64,000 nt of DNA, from assembly GCA_951406725.2 (NCBI GenBank), contig OX597825.1:37324001-37388000 (forward strand). Direction: 5' to 3'. The position numbers and the translations under genes were made by a program. Every line of letters begins with the position of its first letter. Position 1 is the stretch's first letter. Of the stretch, positions 40,973 through 55,436 are shown piece by piece. This stretch comes from Octopus vulgaris. Its lineage: Eukaryota. The notes beneath the pieces were generated by a model. That model was not told the origin of the DNA, did no database searches, and was given only the letters and a program-made list of their open reading frames with translations.

Positions 40973-43900
40973 AATACACGCGCAAACATTTATTTATTTA
41001 TAAATGTCAAAGATGGAAAGAACTATCCGCATTCTGAACTATTTTGGAAATGTCAGCAGACATAACAAATGAAGCTCTGTTATTTATCGCTTTAAGGTTT
41101 ATTATTATGAATGCGCAGTTATTTAATCTTTCATCCTCGAACATATACGTAAACATATACATTTACACATATATACACATGACAGTTACAAGCATATATG
41201 CACACGGGAGGAAACACACACACAAACACACACACACACACACACACACACATGCATAATCACACACAAAGCACATACATATGACAAACGTACGGCTTGT
41301 TTTACTCCTTGGGATTTTTGCAATTAGTCGTTAAAGAGTTAGAGTGGTGAGTGTATAATAAAAGAAACTTAAGAAACAATGAAGAAGAGGACGTAGTATT
41401 GTTTCGCCTGTCATATTTAACACAAAATATACTTGTAATAGTTAATATCTAGAAGATTTAAAAATCAGTTAGATTGAATTTGAATGTTAGCTATAACGTT
41501 GAGACATAGATTATGTACACTGAATTCCTTTGCAATATTTCACTGGAAAGAAAGTAATGGAGAGTAAAATATAATGGAAAAATTAAGAGAGAAGCATCTA
41601 AGTATTCTTATTTGCAAAGATTATTGAAGCATAATCATTAGTTATGTCAGAGAATTAATATAATTACATATTTGAAAATATATTGTTATTGCATAGAATT
41701 AAATTTAAGGAGCTATTTTTAAGATCAAATTAAACGATGTTTGCGTGTGTGTATGTGTGTATGTGCGTTTGTGTGCGTGTGTGTGTTTGTGTGAATATGG
41801 ATGTTATGTATGCGTGCATTTTTGCGTGTATGTTTAAGATATTTTAGCGGATAAATTTACTGTTCGCTTGAACAATAGGAATAATTGACAACCGTAAATC
41901 ACGACCTGCCAAAAGGCAAGCGACAAGTGCGTCTGCATATGGGCGCGTACACACAGACACACACGCAACATGCTCACATAGACACTAACAATAAAAATGA
42001 GAAAATCAAATTGCAAAGAGCCATACATGTGCCCTACACACTCTCACAACATAATGCGGAGACACTGAAATTCCCGCATCCCAAAATCTATAACTACAGA
42101 CAGAAGTCAAGAGACCAAGTTTAGAGACATTGGTACAGCTATGATTTAACGAGAACACATCAATAAAGCTGAGAATAGCTACTAATTAAGTGGTTGATTG
42201 AACGATTAATGAAAAAATCGATTGGTTAATTAATTAGCAAAGGGTATGATAATAATATAAACAAGCAAACTAGAGTCAGTGCGTGTTATCACGAAATATA
42301 CCCTTGCAAAATAGGACATCCATTTTAACTGATTTCACATTAGGAATCTTGTAAATTATAGAATAATTGAAGTATACGTGAGTATACACATATATGTATG
42401 AAATTGCAAACATAAAGTAAATTTGTTTATTATAAAATACAAGTCACACTTGAACAGGCCATTAAGACATTAGTGATGAAACGATGCGCCTTTTCCTATG
42501 AACTAATGGTTGTAAAAATATATTTTATATATCTACTTGCACTCGTTTTTGAGAAAGCCAAAATTCATGTAGCAGCTATAGTTTATCCTATTTAATCCAC
42601 ACCTCTTTATCTTAATTACCTCACCCCCTGGTAAGAAAGAAGGAATATGTATTTTTTAAATGTCCAATACTAATTGTTAGCATTATTCTTCGACATAATA
42701 TTAAGCAATAATTATTTACAACAATTTTATGTAAACAATTATTATATATTTTTAATTGAAGTTTCAGTCTTTATTACTCCTGATATAAAACGAGGGAAAA
42801 ATACAGAAAAAATATCACGTATTTATATCTCTTTTTTATACCTCTCATATGCTATGTTCAACAGAGAAAAGCTTTTACATGATCTTCTCACGTAGCTTTA
42901 ATATGAGCATAACACATGTAGTTGAAGAAGCACAGTGCATGTTAACGAATAACGTTCTGTGTCATATTATTTCATTACGGTAAACTTTGCTTTCTAAAGG
43001 AACATAATAAACAATTTTATTTGGAATGGAATATTCTAGCTAGATCCTTTCCTTATGATAAAGGTAAATCTTTTTGTTCAACTATAACGATGAACTGTAT
43101 TTCATCCTGCTCACAGAGAATCATCTTGTAAATACGTTTAAAGAAAGCGTTTATCTTTGCAAACATTGGCAAAAACATACCTTTAATTCCTATAAGTGAT
43201 TTCTACCAGTCTGTAAAACTCGATCTTTAAATGTCTTCTTACATTACACTTCCACTAAATATATCTATTTCCATGCCTTTAATCTTTATTCGTATTCAAC
43301 TATCGCACTATATTTCTCCAATTTTAGTTTTCTGCTAATTTCTTTCTGCCTCCTGCTTCTGTTTCTACAAATTGCATTTGACGTTATATCTATTAACGTT
43401 TTTTTTAAAAAAAGTAACTTACTAGCGTTGCCTTCATCATATATGCAGTAATCACATTTGGTGAAAATGTCTTATTGAGGCGTTTTGTTTCTTTTTTTTC
43501 CCTAATGAGAAGATTTCATTGTTTTACATCATTTTATTCCTTCTGTAATAATATCAATATTTTCTTCGAAACATAAGTCGTAACTATAAAGATTTGTAGA
43601 ACACCTGCGATTTACTCCATTTATTTATTTATATACGTCATACAAAAACATTTCACCAAAACCTGGTGTTTCTACCTGTATATGTAGGCTGTTACATCCT
43701 TGGTACTTTTGTGAATTTTTGCTACTCTGGTAACTATTCATTTATTTTTTCCGTGTTATTTGTAAACATTGAAAAAAATACACACATATTTATATATACA
43801 TATATATACACATACACACATATATATATACATATACATATGTTTATATATATATATGTACATGTAAATATCACCAATGCATATGTATATGTAAAGGTAT

Positions 43901-44036
43901 ATCATATTTGTGTTTTATATACGTAAATATATATAGGTATATACATCTCTCTCGCACCCTCTCTCTTTCTCTCACTCCCACTCAATTTCACTTCCCCTCC
44001 GTCTCACTCCCTCCTCACTCCCTCTCTCTATATGTA

Positions 44037-45252
44037 CAACGTGTGATGGTTAAATTATTGCCATTTCATATTTTTAATTTCGCGCATTGTTAGGTTTTGA
44101 TTTTGTCGAATACACAGTATAGTAGGGTCAGTTAGGCACCGTCTGTAAGAAAAACATCATCATGACGCAATTCATAGAATTTGAAAACAAGCTGCTGTAC
44201 TGTATGGCATTCACGCTGGAAGCTCCAATACGAAAATTTCAGAGTGTTTGGGTGTCAATCTGAACGCAGTGCAGAGAATTCGGAAAGAGTTGGATGAGTC
44301 TAATGATGATTACGAAGGTACGGCAGCTCGGAAAGCTCACTCTGATCGTTCTGATAAGAAAAGAACTGATGAATTTATTATGAGATTCAGGCTATGATTG
44401 ACAACGATCCCTCCAAGTCAATCAGGTTCATCGCAGGGACAAGGAAGCGTCTGAGTTTCTTATCAAGCAGACAGTGCATGAAAATATTCGGTTTTCCTCA
44501 TACAAGATGATAAAGGGACAATTTTAATCCCAAGCCATTAAGGACAAGAGGAAAGACAGTGCTACTAAGCTTTTGACCAAACTCAAGCATTCCTTCCAAC
44601 CGAACATGCTTTGGTTTTTCTCAGACGAGAAAAATTTCTGCCAGTATCAGATGGTGAACCGTTGGCTTGCCGTGTCCCCAAAACATGTACTGAGAGTGAT
44701 AAATCTCAAATCTCCACTAAACATCATGGTGTTTGGAGTGATCATTAATGATGGCGACATTATGCCACCGTTTATCTTTCCACACGGCCTCAGACTCAAC
44801 ACGGAGGCCTACATCAGGTTCCTGGTAAGAGCGTGGCTCCTGGAAGACCCTATGTCTGGCAACAGGGCTCTGCACCATGCCATACAAGCAGGAAAACCCA
44901 GTCATGGCTGTCAGACAACTTCTGCGACCATATTACTCCTAACATCTGGCTACCTAACTCCCTAGACTGCAACCCCTTGGTTATTATGTGTAGAGCGCAG
45001 TTGAGCGAGAGACCAACTAAATTCCTTGTAACACCAAAGATAAACTGAAGGCAAGGATTACAACAGCATTCAACAACTTAAACAAAGAGACCGTCCAGAA
45101 GTTTTTCAGATTTCGAAGTCGTCTAGAAGCTGTGGTTGAGGCCAATGACGATTTTATTGAATAGATTTACTCTTTTTTATGTAATTTTGCTAAATATATC
45201 TGTCTTATCTCCACTTTTGCGTAATTTAGACGAAAATTTATTCACCGCACAG
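44037..45252 (+). mobile_element. Decayed Tc1/mariner DD37D (maT-like) transposon
   Basis: WFFSDEKNF, MVFGVI, WQQ(G)SAPCH..W.PNSLDCNPL with 37 residues between acidic positions; imperfect TIRs with TA. Confidence 0.85.
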
Positions 45253-45291
<39 letters not shown>

Positions 45292-45619
45292 ATGTGTGTG
45301 TATACACACACACATATACATATGCACACAACCGAAAATGGTTCTCTGACATACGTAGTATTAATTTTCTAGGTCATTTAATGTTTCTCAATTGATTAAT
45401 AGGTCGATTGAGTAAACCTGTTAATAACGAACCAATAATAACTACTGGAAATAGTATAAGTCGAATTATTTACTATATTAACACTTTAACATTTAAACTG
45501 GCCATATCAAGTCCAATTATTCTTTCTTTTTTATGATAAAATCAATCAGATCTGGTCACTCACTACTATGCTACAATGTCATTTTGAAAATAGACAATCA
45601 CATCTTTAAAATTTCAAAG

Positions 45620-45657
<38 letters not shown>

Positions 45658-46467
45658 TTGTGTAAGTATATATTTCTGAATGTACCTATATGTGTGTGGT
45701 GTATGTAATATCAAACTATTTTTCATTCTCATATAAGTAATTGCTATCATTGTTTAGGGAGATTCATGTAATCTGTATATTTTTGAGACTTCATCTTTGG
45801 AGGTGTCGTTAAAACCTGATTTTGTGTTCTTTTTTTCATTCTCTTGTTTCATCTTACTCTGGAAGCATTTCAAGCAATGAAATATTCATGAATTATTTCG
45901 GATAATATTCTCCCATTTGTTTCAATCTCTCGGCAGCAACACTGATGAGGCGCCTACCTGAAATGTTCATTAAATCGTATCAACCTCAGTATTTAACTTT
46001 AAGTCTCCCACTTATCATTCTCTGTTTGTTGACCTACTAAGTCACAGGTCATAAACAAATGAAAATATACACTTTCTTACACAGCGACCCACGACACATA
46101 TACAAGGGTAACCTCCATATCTTTCCGTCTATCAAATTTCATTCATTAATATACGTGCAGTCGCGAGCGGACGTAGACATATTCTCAGCACGCCTATTTT
46201 GACTCAGCAATCATTGAGAATGAGACAGGTATAGAAGACAGGGCTGCACCAGCATAGGGCCAGCAGTTTGTCGATCTCCAAAGGATGAATAACTATGTGA
46301 ACCTCAGTGCTATTTGAAATGAGCACAGAGGGCTGAAAGAATAGCATAAGTTATTCACGCTGTCAGACGCTCTAACAACTCTATCAATGTACATATATGC
46401 ATACGCACACATTCACACACACGTACTCATAAACACACTCGTACACGTGCGCACAAACTCATAGACA

Positions 46468-46692
46468 GGCGTGGACTTGTGGTTCGAAGCTTGCTTCCCA
46501 ACCACATGGTGCCGGGTTCAGTCCTACTGCATTGCGCCTTCGGTAAGTGTCTTCTACTATAGCCTTGGGCCAACCAAAGACTTGAGTAGATTTGGTTGAC
46601 GGAAACTGAAATAAGCGCGTCGTATATATATATATATATTCTTTGAACGTCCTTTTTTATATATCACAACTCGTGTTCCACAGCTCCTTTTT

Positions 46693-46743
<51 letters not shown>

Positions 46744-46985
46744 GTGTGTGTCATTGTGTCATTGTGTCTGTGTTTGTGCCCCACCTCCATCAGACTTAAC
46801 AATCGGTGTTTATGTGTTTATGTCCCCGTAACATAGCGGTTCGGCAAAAGAGACAGATAGAATAAGTACTAAGCTTCAGAAATAAGCGCTAGGGTCGATT
46901 TGTTCGACTAAAAAATTCCTTCAAGGCGGTGCCCCAGCATGGCCTCAGTCAAATGACTGAAACGTGTAAACTAAATCAATAAAAG
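46468..46985 (+). mobile_element. SINE family B
   Basis: Matches the 35936 copy. Confidence 0.85.
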
Positions 46986-46988
46986 AAT

Positions 46989-47048
<60 letters not shown>

Positions 47049-48652
47049 ACATTAGAAACATATGCACACAAAAAATACCCCAGCACAGAAATACTCACGC
47101 GCATGCGCACATACTTATTCAGTCTTTGCGAATGATTCATTCAGATTCCTTGGATCAATGAGTTCTTTCAGGAAACAAAATTCGTTTACTTGTTTGAAAA
47201 AGATGGAGTGAATAATTAGCCAAGAATAAATGAATAAATTATCTTCCATGTATTGAATTCTTTGAATGTAAGAGCGCACACACGCACATGCATATCCTAC
47301 ACCCTCATTAATTGCTGTTAATGTTGGAATGACTGGTCTATTCAATTCGGTTTTGTTTTGTTTAAGTTTCGTAAACATAGGAATATTTACACAGGAAGAT
47401 TCTCGCCTTGGAGAGAACGTGAACTGACATGTATAGTTTACATAGTATACATAATTTCTCAATGTATGAGATTTTCATTGGTTAAGCATAATACAACGTC
47501 AGATGTTCAGGATCAACACACACATGACTATATTTTATCTAGACCAATTGATTAGAAAATCTCTGTGCAGTAATTGACCGGCTAGAAATAACAGATAAAT
47601 CTCATTGAAATGTCAGTTTAACACTCTTACTTCGCCATCTTCGTGTACGTAAACGAATACACAAGTGGCGGCGATTTAACGGAAAACAACGATAGGGGCG
47701 TCTGAGATCTACTCATTGGGTACTAAAAATTGTTAACAACTTAAAAAGCTATTAGTAATAGTGTTCATTTTCTGCTTTCTTTTTCTATTTTTTAAAGGAA
47801 TTTCTCTGTATCATTGATGTTACGCACATTTTGTCCTATTACTGTTTTGGTGACAATAGTTGACAAAATTATAATGCTGTACAGAATTCTACAAAACAAT
47901 ATGAATATTATCTGCCCATTTTAGTTAAGAGAAAATATTAGAGAAAGAAGCAATAGAGACATTACTCAGGCACTATCTAAAGTTCCAGATTTAATCGTCG
48001 AATAATTCTTAAACCCAGCGTTAGAAAAGCGAAACATCAGAAGCACCCTATCATATTTTGATCTGATACGCTATGTGCCCCAAAAGAAAATAATTTAATT
48101 CTTGGGATGGTGCTGAGAGATTTTCGAAATTAATAGATTTCTGGAAGTGAATATTCCAAAACCCAATTCAAAATATTAAGATTGAATATAAAAGACTAAT
48201 AAGGTTCCAGGACAAATTATTTCATAAATTTAAAAAAATCAAACTCGAACATATCTGTGAAATAAATATCGGAGATGCTTGGCCTTATGTAGAAACTGCA
48301 GGAACTACTCAGAATCATTTTCTTCTGAATCCATCGCATTGTCAAAAGTATTTCCGGTATCTCAAGGTCACATCATCAGTTGGTATATCAAGATCCCTAG
48401 CACTTCGTTTCTAGGCCTGTATGCTTCACATGAATGGAACAGTTACGAGTGAATTAGTCTTTGTCTTCGGAAGGGGTTCCATTAGTGGTGCCTAGTCAAT
48501 CAAAACAACCTCGAACTATTATTGAAATGGCTTGTGTATCTGTCTGATTTTCTTCCAGTTGTATGTGTCTCCCTGCCTATGTGTTTCTCTATCTATACGG
48601 TTATATATTGGTGTGTATAAATACACAAACTCACGAATTCACAAGCATATAT

Positions 48653-48891
48653 AGGAATGAAGTATTCCTGGTTTTGAATAAAAGAAAATACAGTTTATTA
48701 TGACATCATTCAACATATTTTCCTCTCAAATTCACACACGTATTGCGGTTGTCTTTCAGTTTTTCTAAAACTTGTAAACGAACTAGGAAAGTTAGCTTTC
48801 GCAGATACGAAACCATTGGTCACTCTATGACCGCATTTTAACTTCTTTTAATACTTACTGCTCTGTTCTTTAGAGTGTGCTTCTTTTTCTG
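48653..48891 (-). repeat. Left arm of a long inverted repeat, mariner-end-like
   Basis: Inverted match to 50610-50823 with one indel of about 26 nt. Confidence 0.9.
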
Positions 48892-48981
48892 TACGTATAT
48901 ATAAGAACATTCACAAATTTGTCCACATATATGCATGTATGTAATATATGCATGCACACATACACACACAGAGGCGATCCC

Positions 48982-49037
<56 letters not shown>

Positions 49038-49159
49038 AAATGATAGAAATATTTTACAAAAGAAAATAGAAACTACACGTGGAAATGTAAGGGGAAAGTA
49101 AGAAGGAAAATAAGCGAAAACGTACATCGGAAATCAAAAGAAGTAAAGGCTTTTCATGA

Positions 49160-49870
49160 AAAGTAACGATAGATATATACAATTAAATGAATTGAGGTAG
49201 GAATAAAAGTAATAAAAGTCATTATTGTGAATTGTTAAAGAGATTCAAAAGCATACTGGTTTCGTAAAATTACTGATCTCTGCTTTGAATACACACCGAT
49301 TACCGAACGCTGTCGGGTCTAATAGTCCATAAGTAAAAAGATTATATGTAAAGGAGGTAAGTAGTTCTGGATTTGGTGCAATAAATATAGATATAGATCT
49401 GTAATGTGAACGGTGTATGGGATGTATGGGTGGTATGAAAGGTTAGTAGTGTGGTGTATTAAGTTATGTGTTCATATTGAATTGTGGAAGATATTTATTG
49501 CTGAAAGTTGCTTCTTTATTCTTTTTTGTTACACTGAGCTGTTCTGTGAACATTGACAAGAGAAAATTAGGAAATTATGATTAAGGTTCCTAGCACGCCT
49601 TTCTATGTGTTCACTGATCTGTATCTTTCTGTATTGTGTGTGAGGGATTTGCCCTTTGTAGAAAGTGGTTCTCCGACGGAGTGATATTCCTGTTTGGCCA
49701 ATATAATGATTACAACACCCTAAGCATGTAGTGGCATAGATTAGATTTTACGAGTCACAGGTGAAAGTTGATTTAATCTTAAATATCTCACCTTCTTTAA
49801 AGTGAAAATTTATTGAAAACAAAAGACGAAAACAGGTGAGGAAACCACGAGGAGGTGTATTAGGTTAACA
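49160..49870 (-). mobile_element. PLE (Neptune-like) 3' fragment: GIY-YIG and pLTR
   Basis: Minus translation FKIKSTFTCDS*NLIYATTCLGCCNHYIGQTGISLRRR...ISEHIE; sister copy at 60990-61410. Confidence 0.85.
49244..49289 (-). ncRNA. Degenerate type I hammerhead in a PLE pLTR
   Basis: AAAGCA-GAGATCA-GTAA(TT)TTAC-GAAAC-CA-GTA-TGCTTT. Confidence 0.55.
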
Positions 49871-49955
49871 GTAGGGAAGAATCGAAAAGTCTTTCACAGA
49901 GAGGATTAAGAGGAATAAAAATGGAGAGCGAATGAAAGAAAACTCGAATACACAC

Positions 49956-49986
<31 letters not shown>

Positions 49987-50028
49987 CATGTATATGCGTA
50001 TCTATTTTATATATATGTACATATGTAT

Positions 50029-50105
<77 letters not shown>

Positions 50106-50121
50106 CATATGTACATATGAA

Positions 50122-50159
<38 letters not shown>

Positions 50160-50465
50160 ATTATTTGAATTATTCCTCTTATTTATAGGCATGTATGTAT
50201 GTATGTATGTATGTATGTATGTATGTATGTATGTATGTATGTATGTGTGTATGTATATATGTATATCCGTGCATGCATATATGTATGTATGTCTTTGCAG
50301 AAATCTTTTAAGCGCATATTTCAAAGTCTTTTCTTTATATTGTCGCTAAAATAGAATTATTAAAATTATCTGTCGGAGGCCTCGAAATCCTGATGTTAAT
50401 GATATTCTTGCTTGTTTTCACGCTTAAAACAGAAACATTTTTCAGTTCCCGTAGATAGATAGATA

Positions 50466-50512
50466 GACAGTCCGACGAAGACTAAGAAGGCCGAAACTTC
50501 GTAGTCACTGCC
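50466..50512 (+). ncRNA. Type I hammerhead, partly decayed, GUC site
   Basis: CAGT-CCGACGA-AGACT(AAGA)AGGCC-GAAAC(TTCGTA)GTC-ACTG, between (GATA)n and (TA)n. Confidence 0.65.
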
Positions 50513-50532
50513 AGCGCTTTTCTTGATAAAGA

Positions 50533-50594
<62 letters not shown>

Positions 50595-50609
50595 CAATAT
50601 AACATATAT

Positions 50610-50823
50610 CAGAAAAATAAGCACACGGTAAAGAACAGAGCAGTAAGTATTAAAAGAATAGGTTAAAATGCGGTCATAGAGTAACTTTCCGAGTTCTTTT
50701 AAAAGTTTTGGAAAAACTGAAGGACCACTGCAATAATTGTGTGAATTTGAGAGGGAAATATGTAGCATGATGTCATAATAAACTGTATTTTATTTTATTC
50801 AAAACCAGGAACACTTCATTCCT
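50610..50823 (+). repeat. Right arm of a long inverted repeat, mariner-end-like
   Basis: Ends CAAAACCAGGAACACTTCATTCCTCG; inverted match to 48653-48891. Confidence 0.9.
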
Positions 50824-51178
50824 CGTGTGTGTGTGTTTGTGTGTTTGTGTGTGTGTGTGTGTGTATGTGTGTGTGTGTGTGTGTGTATAGGTACGTATAT
50901 AATTACAGTATGGAATTGGATGAAATCAATGCTGTCGATGGATTTCAAATGGTCAGACATATCTCGACCCGATGTCAACAACACAACATGTGGAGGCACG
51001 GGGCTTACATCAAATTTGCTGCCTGTATTAAATTCTATTTTTAAATATTGATTGTTACTCTTTCATCTTGAAATTTATGACTCTTCTTCAACCACATATT
51101 ACCTCTCTCGCCTTTTCTCTCCCCACTCTCTCTCAGTCTCTTCCCTCTCACTCCTATTCTTTGTCTATATTCTCCCCC

Positions 51179-51211
<33 letters not shown>

Positions 51212-51314
51212 CCCATATATACATACACTTATATAATATAGACACGTGTATAGTTATATTGATCATAGTTATTGACATATATCTTGATACATACATACAT
51301 GCATACATACATAC

Positions 51315-51690
51315 AAGGCGTCGAAATTGTGTTTCTCCGGAGGGTGTCTGGAGAACGGAAATGGACAGGGTGCGTATCATGGAAAACATGGAGTCACTCT
51401 AGAGTGATCCGTTACTTCTCTGCATTGAGAACTCACAGCGCCGGTACTACAGACAAGTGATTATATCTTCGCAGGAAAGAATCGCAAGGCAAGTTATTCA
51501 GGCTGTGCCAACTGGCAGGAGAACAAGTAGTAGACAGAGAACGTGATGGGTGGATTATACCGAAATTGTTCGTTGTTCTCCATTGGGACTCCATCCAGAA
51601 AGTCTGACGATGCTTGCTTCTGACAGGACCTTATGGAGACAGTGCCTTAGGCATCAACCTCAACAACCCAAGAATAAAACGATTGGAGAA
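51315..51690 (+). mobile_element. RTE-clade LINE 3' fragment
   Basis: EIVFLRRVSG..DRVR..ESL..DPLLLCIE.SQ.R...QERIARQ..AVPTGRR.S.RQRT resembles the RTE C-terminus. Confidence 0.75.
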
Positions 51691-51773
51691 GGACGGATAT
51701 ATATGTATGTGTGCGTGGGTGCGTATATATATATATATGTATATATATATATAGGTATATATGTTTATAGGTG

Positions 51774-51817
<44 letters not shown>

Positions 51818-53107
51818 TATATTTATATACACACAAACACACACACAAAAACATAGATACACAAGCGGGCACACATACACACTGCCGCCCCCCACACACA
51901 CAGATAGGCCAGTTATCACCACGGCAGGTAACAGACCAAATACGATATTTCTGTCGTAATAAATAGTTATTTCACGTAAACTTTGGCATGTATTGGTTAA
52001 ATAGAACGCAAAGGCTAACAGGCGGGGAAAGCTGGCCAATGCATTGAATTGCAGAAAATAAATAGCAATGCATATGTATGAATTATATCTGCAACTTTTA
52101 TAATGAATTGCGAACGAACCATAGACACTAGTCTATACTTTTACGCTTACAATAATACGATAAAATAGTTAAGATGTATTTATCTCTCTTTCTATCTATT
52201 ATCATTCTATTCATTTTTCTTTCTATTACTGTCAGTTTCTCCGCCTCTCTTGCATATATATATGCACACACACTACACATTCATACATAGATGCAATATA
52301 TATATATATATATATGTGTGTGTATATATGTGTGTGTGTGTGTTTTGAGTATATTAATGTGTGTATAGTACACTTATATGCACATGAATACAATAAAGTA
52401 CGAGTGAAAACTATGTAGCAAATAGTTGTTCAAAATGCTTATTTTTACCCCTCATTTTTGCATATCTTTGATCATAAAACATCAATACATTGACCTTTTT
52501 TTTTGATCTAGTTGCTGCATTTGATCGTAGAAAAGTGAACAACTCTTTTTCTCTCTTTCGTCGCCCCTTCTCTTTGTCTCTTTTTCGCCAGACACAGACA
52601 CATATACACACTCACACAAATATATTTGCATAAATATACTCATGTACATGATTTCATATACATTCGTCATATGACGGGTAATTTTGAAAGTATACTTTTC
52701 TCCCCATACAGAATATCAAAAGATACAGCACACACATATATATGTTAATACTTTTTAAAATAAATATATTTGTTGCTTTAAAAATAAAAGAAAATAAAGC
52801 TAATTTCGCATTTGTATATATGCAATAAACATAGATAATTTTTCTAAATTTTTCTCAACAGATTTGCCGTCGACTCCTTACAGAACCTATCGCTGTAAAA
52901 GTTCAGTACAGAGTGTTATTTTCGAGAAAATTAACATTGCATACTCCCAAACCTACTGTGTAAACTCATCTTGAACTGCAGATATTAGCTCTGTATTTCT
53001 CTATAAATCTTCCCTCTTTTCAATGTACGACTATACCATGTAAAGCAGGCGTAGAGACATCAACCAACCAAGCACCTAACCAAGATTTATATTAGTCATC
53101 ATATCTA

Positions 53108-54275
53108 CAGAGTGTCCAGAAAGTAAGGCAACCGAAATTTCGAAATTATCAATAAATGTGAAAAGATGTGAAAATTATACATCATTATAAAAGCTTAAAG
53201 TACAACCCTTTTTGTTGCAGACTAAATGAATTCAGATTTATAAATTAGATAATGGCTATAGACCGAAATACAATCATAACTCTCTATAAAAAGAGGCGAA
53301 ATTAATGCAGCTATAGCAAACAACAGTCTCGAAAATGTCAAGAAATTTTAAGAGAATGGTTCCACCACTGGTCGACCTAGACGTGACTGAAGAAGAAGTG
53401 TGCAGAGCCCTCAGCGTATCAATAATACTAGTGAAAAGATACGGCAAAATCCCCGTCGTTTTGTTAGAAAACTTGCTGCCAGAGCAAAACTAAACCGAAC
53501 ATCGATGTATCAAGTGCTGAAGGTGGACCTCAGGACCCAACCTTACAAGACGATCCGTCGTCATGAGCTCACACAAGTTTATAAGGCTGGAGAGTAGACG
53601 TCTTATCTTGCATCAGATTGCTCAAGGCACACAGCCCAACCTGATTGTTCATTGGTGAAAAAAATGTGACATCGAATATACAGTAAACCAGCAAAATGAC
53701 CGACTTTGGCATGTATCTGGCTCCGTCGTGGGTACACTCGTAAATCGACATCGAAATCCACAGTCAGTTATGGTTTGGGCCGCTGTAACTGCTACGAAAG
53801 GTTTCCCCTCGTTTTTATTCTCTCAGGTGTTCAAATTAACACCCAGTGAAGCATTAACGACATTGTGGAAGCTGAACTGCTTCCATAGGCGAATGATCAC
53901 TTTCAAGGTGCACCTTGGTGCCTCCAACAGGACTCAGCACCATTCCACTGCTCCAAAGAGACACAACACTGGATTCAGATAAAATATTCCCTCGTTCATA
54001 GGCAGGGATGTATGGTCCTCAAGAAGCCACGATCTCAACCAATTGGACTTTTGTGTTTGATTCCTTTTAAAGATTAGTGTTTCGAGCACGTCTCATGCTT
54101 CGCACGATACTCTGAAGGCAAAACTGCGTCAGGAATGGACTTCAATTCCGCAAGAACAGCTGTGTGCAGTGCGTGAAGTTTTCGCACCTAGACTTAAGAC
54201 TGTGATTCGAAACAAAGATGGTCATATCGAATAAATGTGGTAGTGTCATAATTTCCTTAATTTTGGGACATCCTG
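53108..54275 (+). mobile_element. Decayed Tc1/mariner DD37D (maT-like) transposon, second family
   Basis: TIRs CAGAGTGTCCAGAAAGTAAGG and CCTTAATTTTGGGACATCCTG; SVMVWAAV; QQDSAPFH...WSSRSHDLNQLDF with 37 spacing across one frameshift. Confidence 0.85.
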
Positions 54276-54291
54276 TCTGTCTATCTGTCTG

Positions 54292-54351
<60 letters not shown>

Positions 54352-54365
54352 CCTACCCATCCATC

Positions 54366-54432
<67 letters not shown>

Positions 54433-55392
54433 GTCTGTCTGTCTGTCTGCCTGTCTGTCTGTCTGTTTTTCTCTCTATCTATCCATATGTGTGTGTTTGT
54501 GTGCGTACACACAGGCACTCTCTTTCTCTCTTTCCCTTTCTCTCTCTCTCTCTCTCTCTCACTCTCTCTCACACACATACACATACATACGTGTGCGTAT
54601 ATATATGCCTTACATTCTGCGTATTTACTCGCACTTACGCAGCCTTCATCGACAAATTCTAACCTATATTTTATATGGAAGATGGTATATATTAGAGATT
54701 TTCATGGCAGATGTGAATAGATTCATCTAATTATATTACATGTCTACTTTCATCAGCAGAGTTAAACAATTAAATGTGTCGTCATTTCGAACACATTTAT
54801 TAACAAAATAAATTGCATATATTATTAGGGAGTAAGTGCTACATACATAATTGTTACTTGCTAAGTATATTGTGAAAATATTAAATTAGATATAGAAGTA
54901 AATTACAGTCAAAGCAAAGTGTTCGTCAATGAACATTTAAGTGTAAGTGCCATTACGAAATTATAAATCAATAACGACTTTTTTCCTTTTACTTAGAAAC
55001 GAAATAAAGTACAGCTTAAATCATTTTAACAACCATCACACACACACTCTGCCTCATGATTGATGTAACGAAAATATTTTTTGCTACAGAGTCAACCTGC
55101 TGACGCATCTCAACATGCTGCCACTTTCCGGAGTTCATCTTACTTTCCATGATCATATTCTTCATGAAATCAAATTATCATATTTATTCTCATCGTTCGT
55201 GAGGTTAGGAACTTGCCGCTACCTTCTCATTTGGAATATCACTTGATGTATTCTTTACAACCCTTCTTATGAGAAACTGCTTGGCTTTTTGCTCGTTATG
55301 GTTACCATTTTTGCTATGTTGCTTCTGGTTTAAAGAAAATCCTGGTCGAACACATGTGACGTAACCTACACAGACAAACACATGCATACACG

Positions 55393-55433
<41 letters not shown>

Positions 55434-55436
<3 letters not shown>

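Noticed and set aside
45940-45975. CTGATGA-GG..CCT-GAAATGTT
   Set aside because: No stem I partner in the correct register
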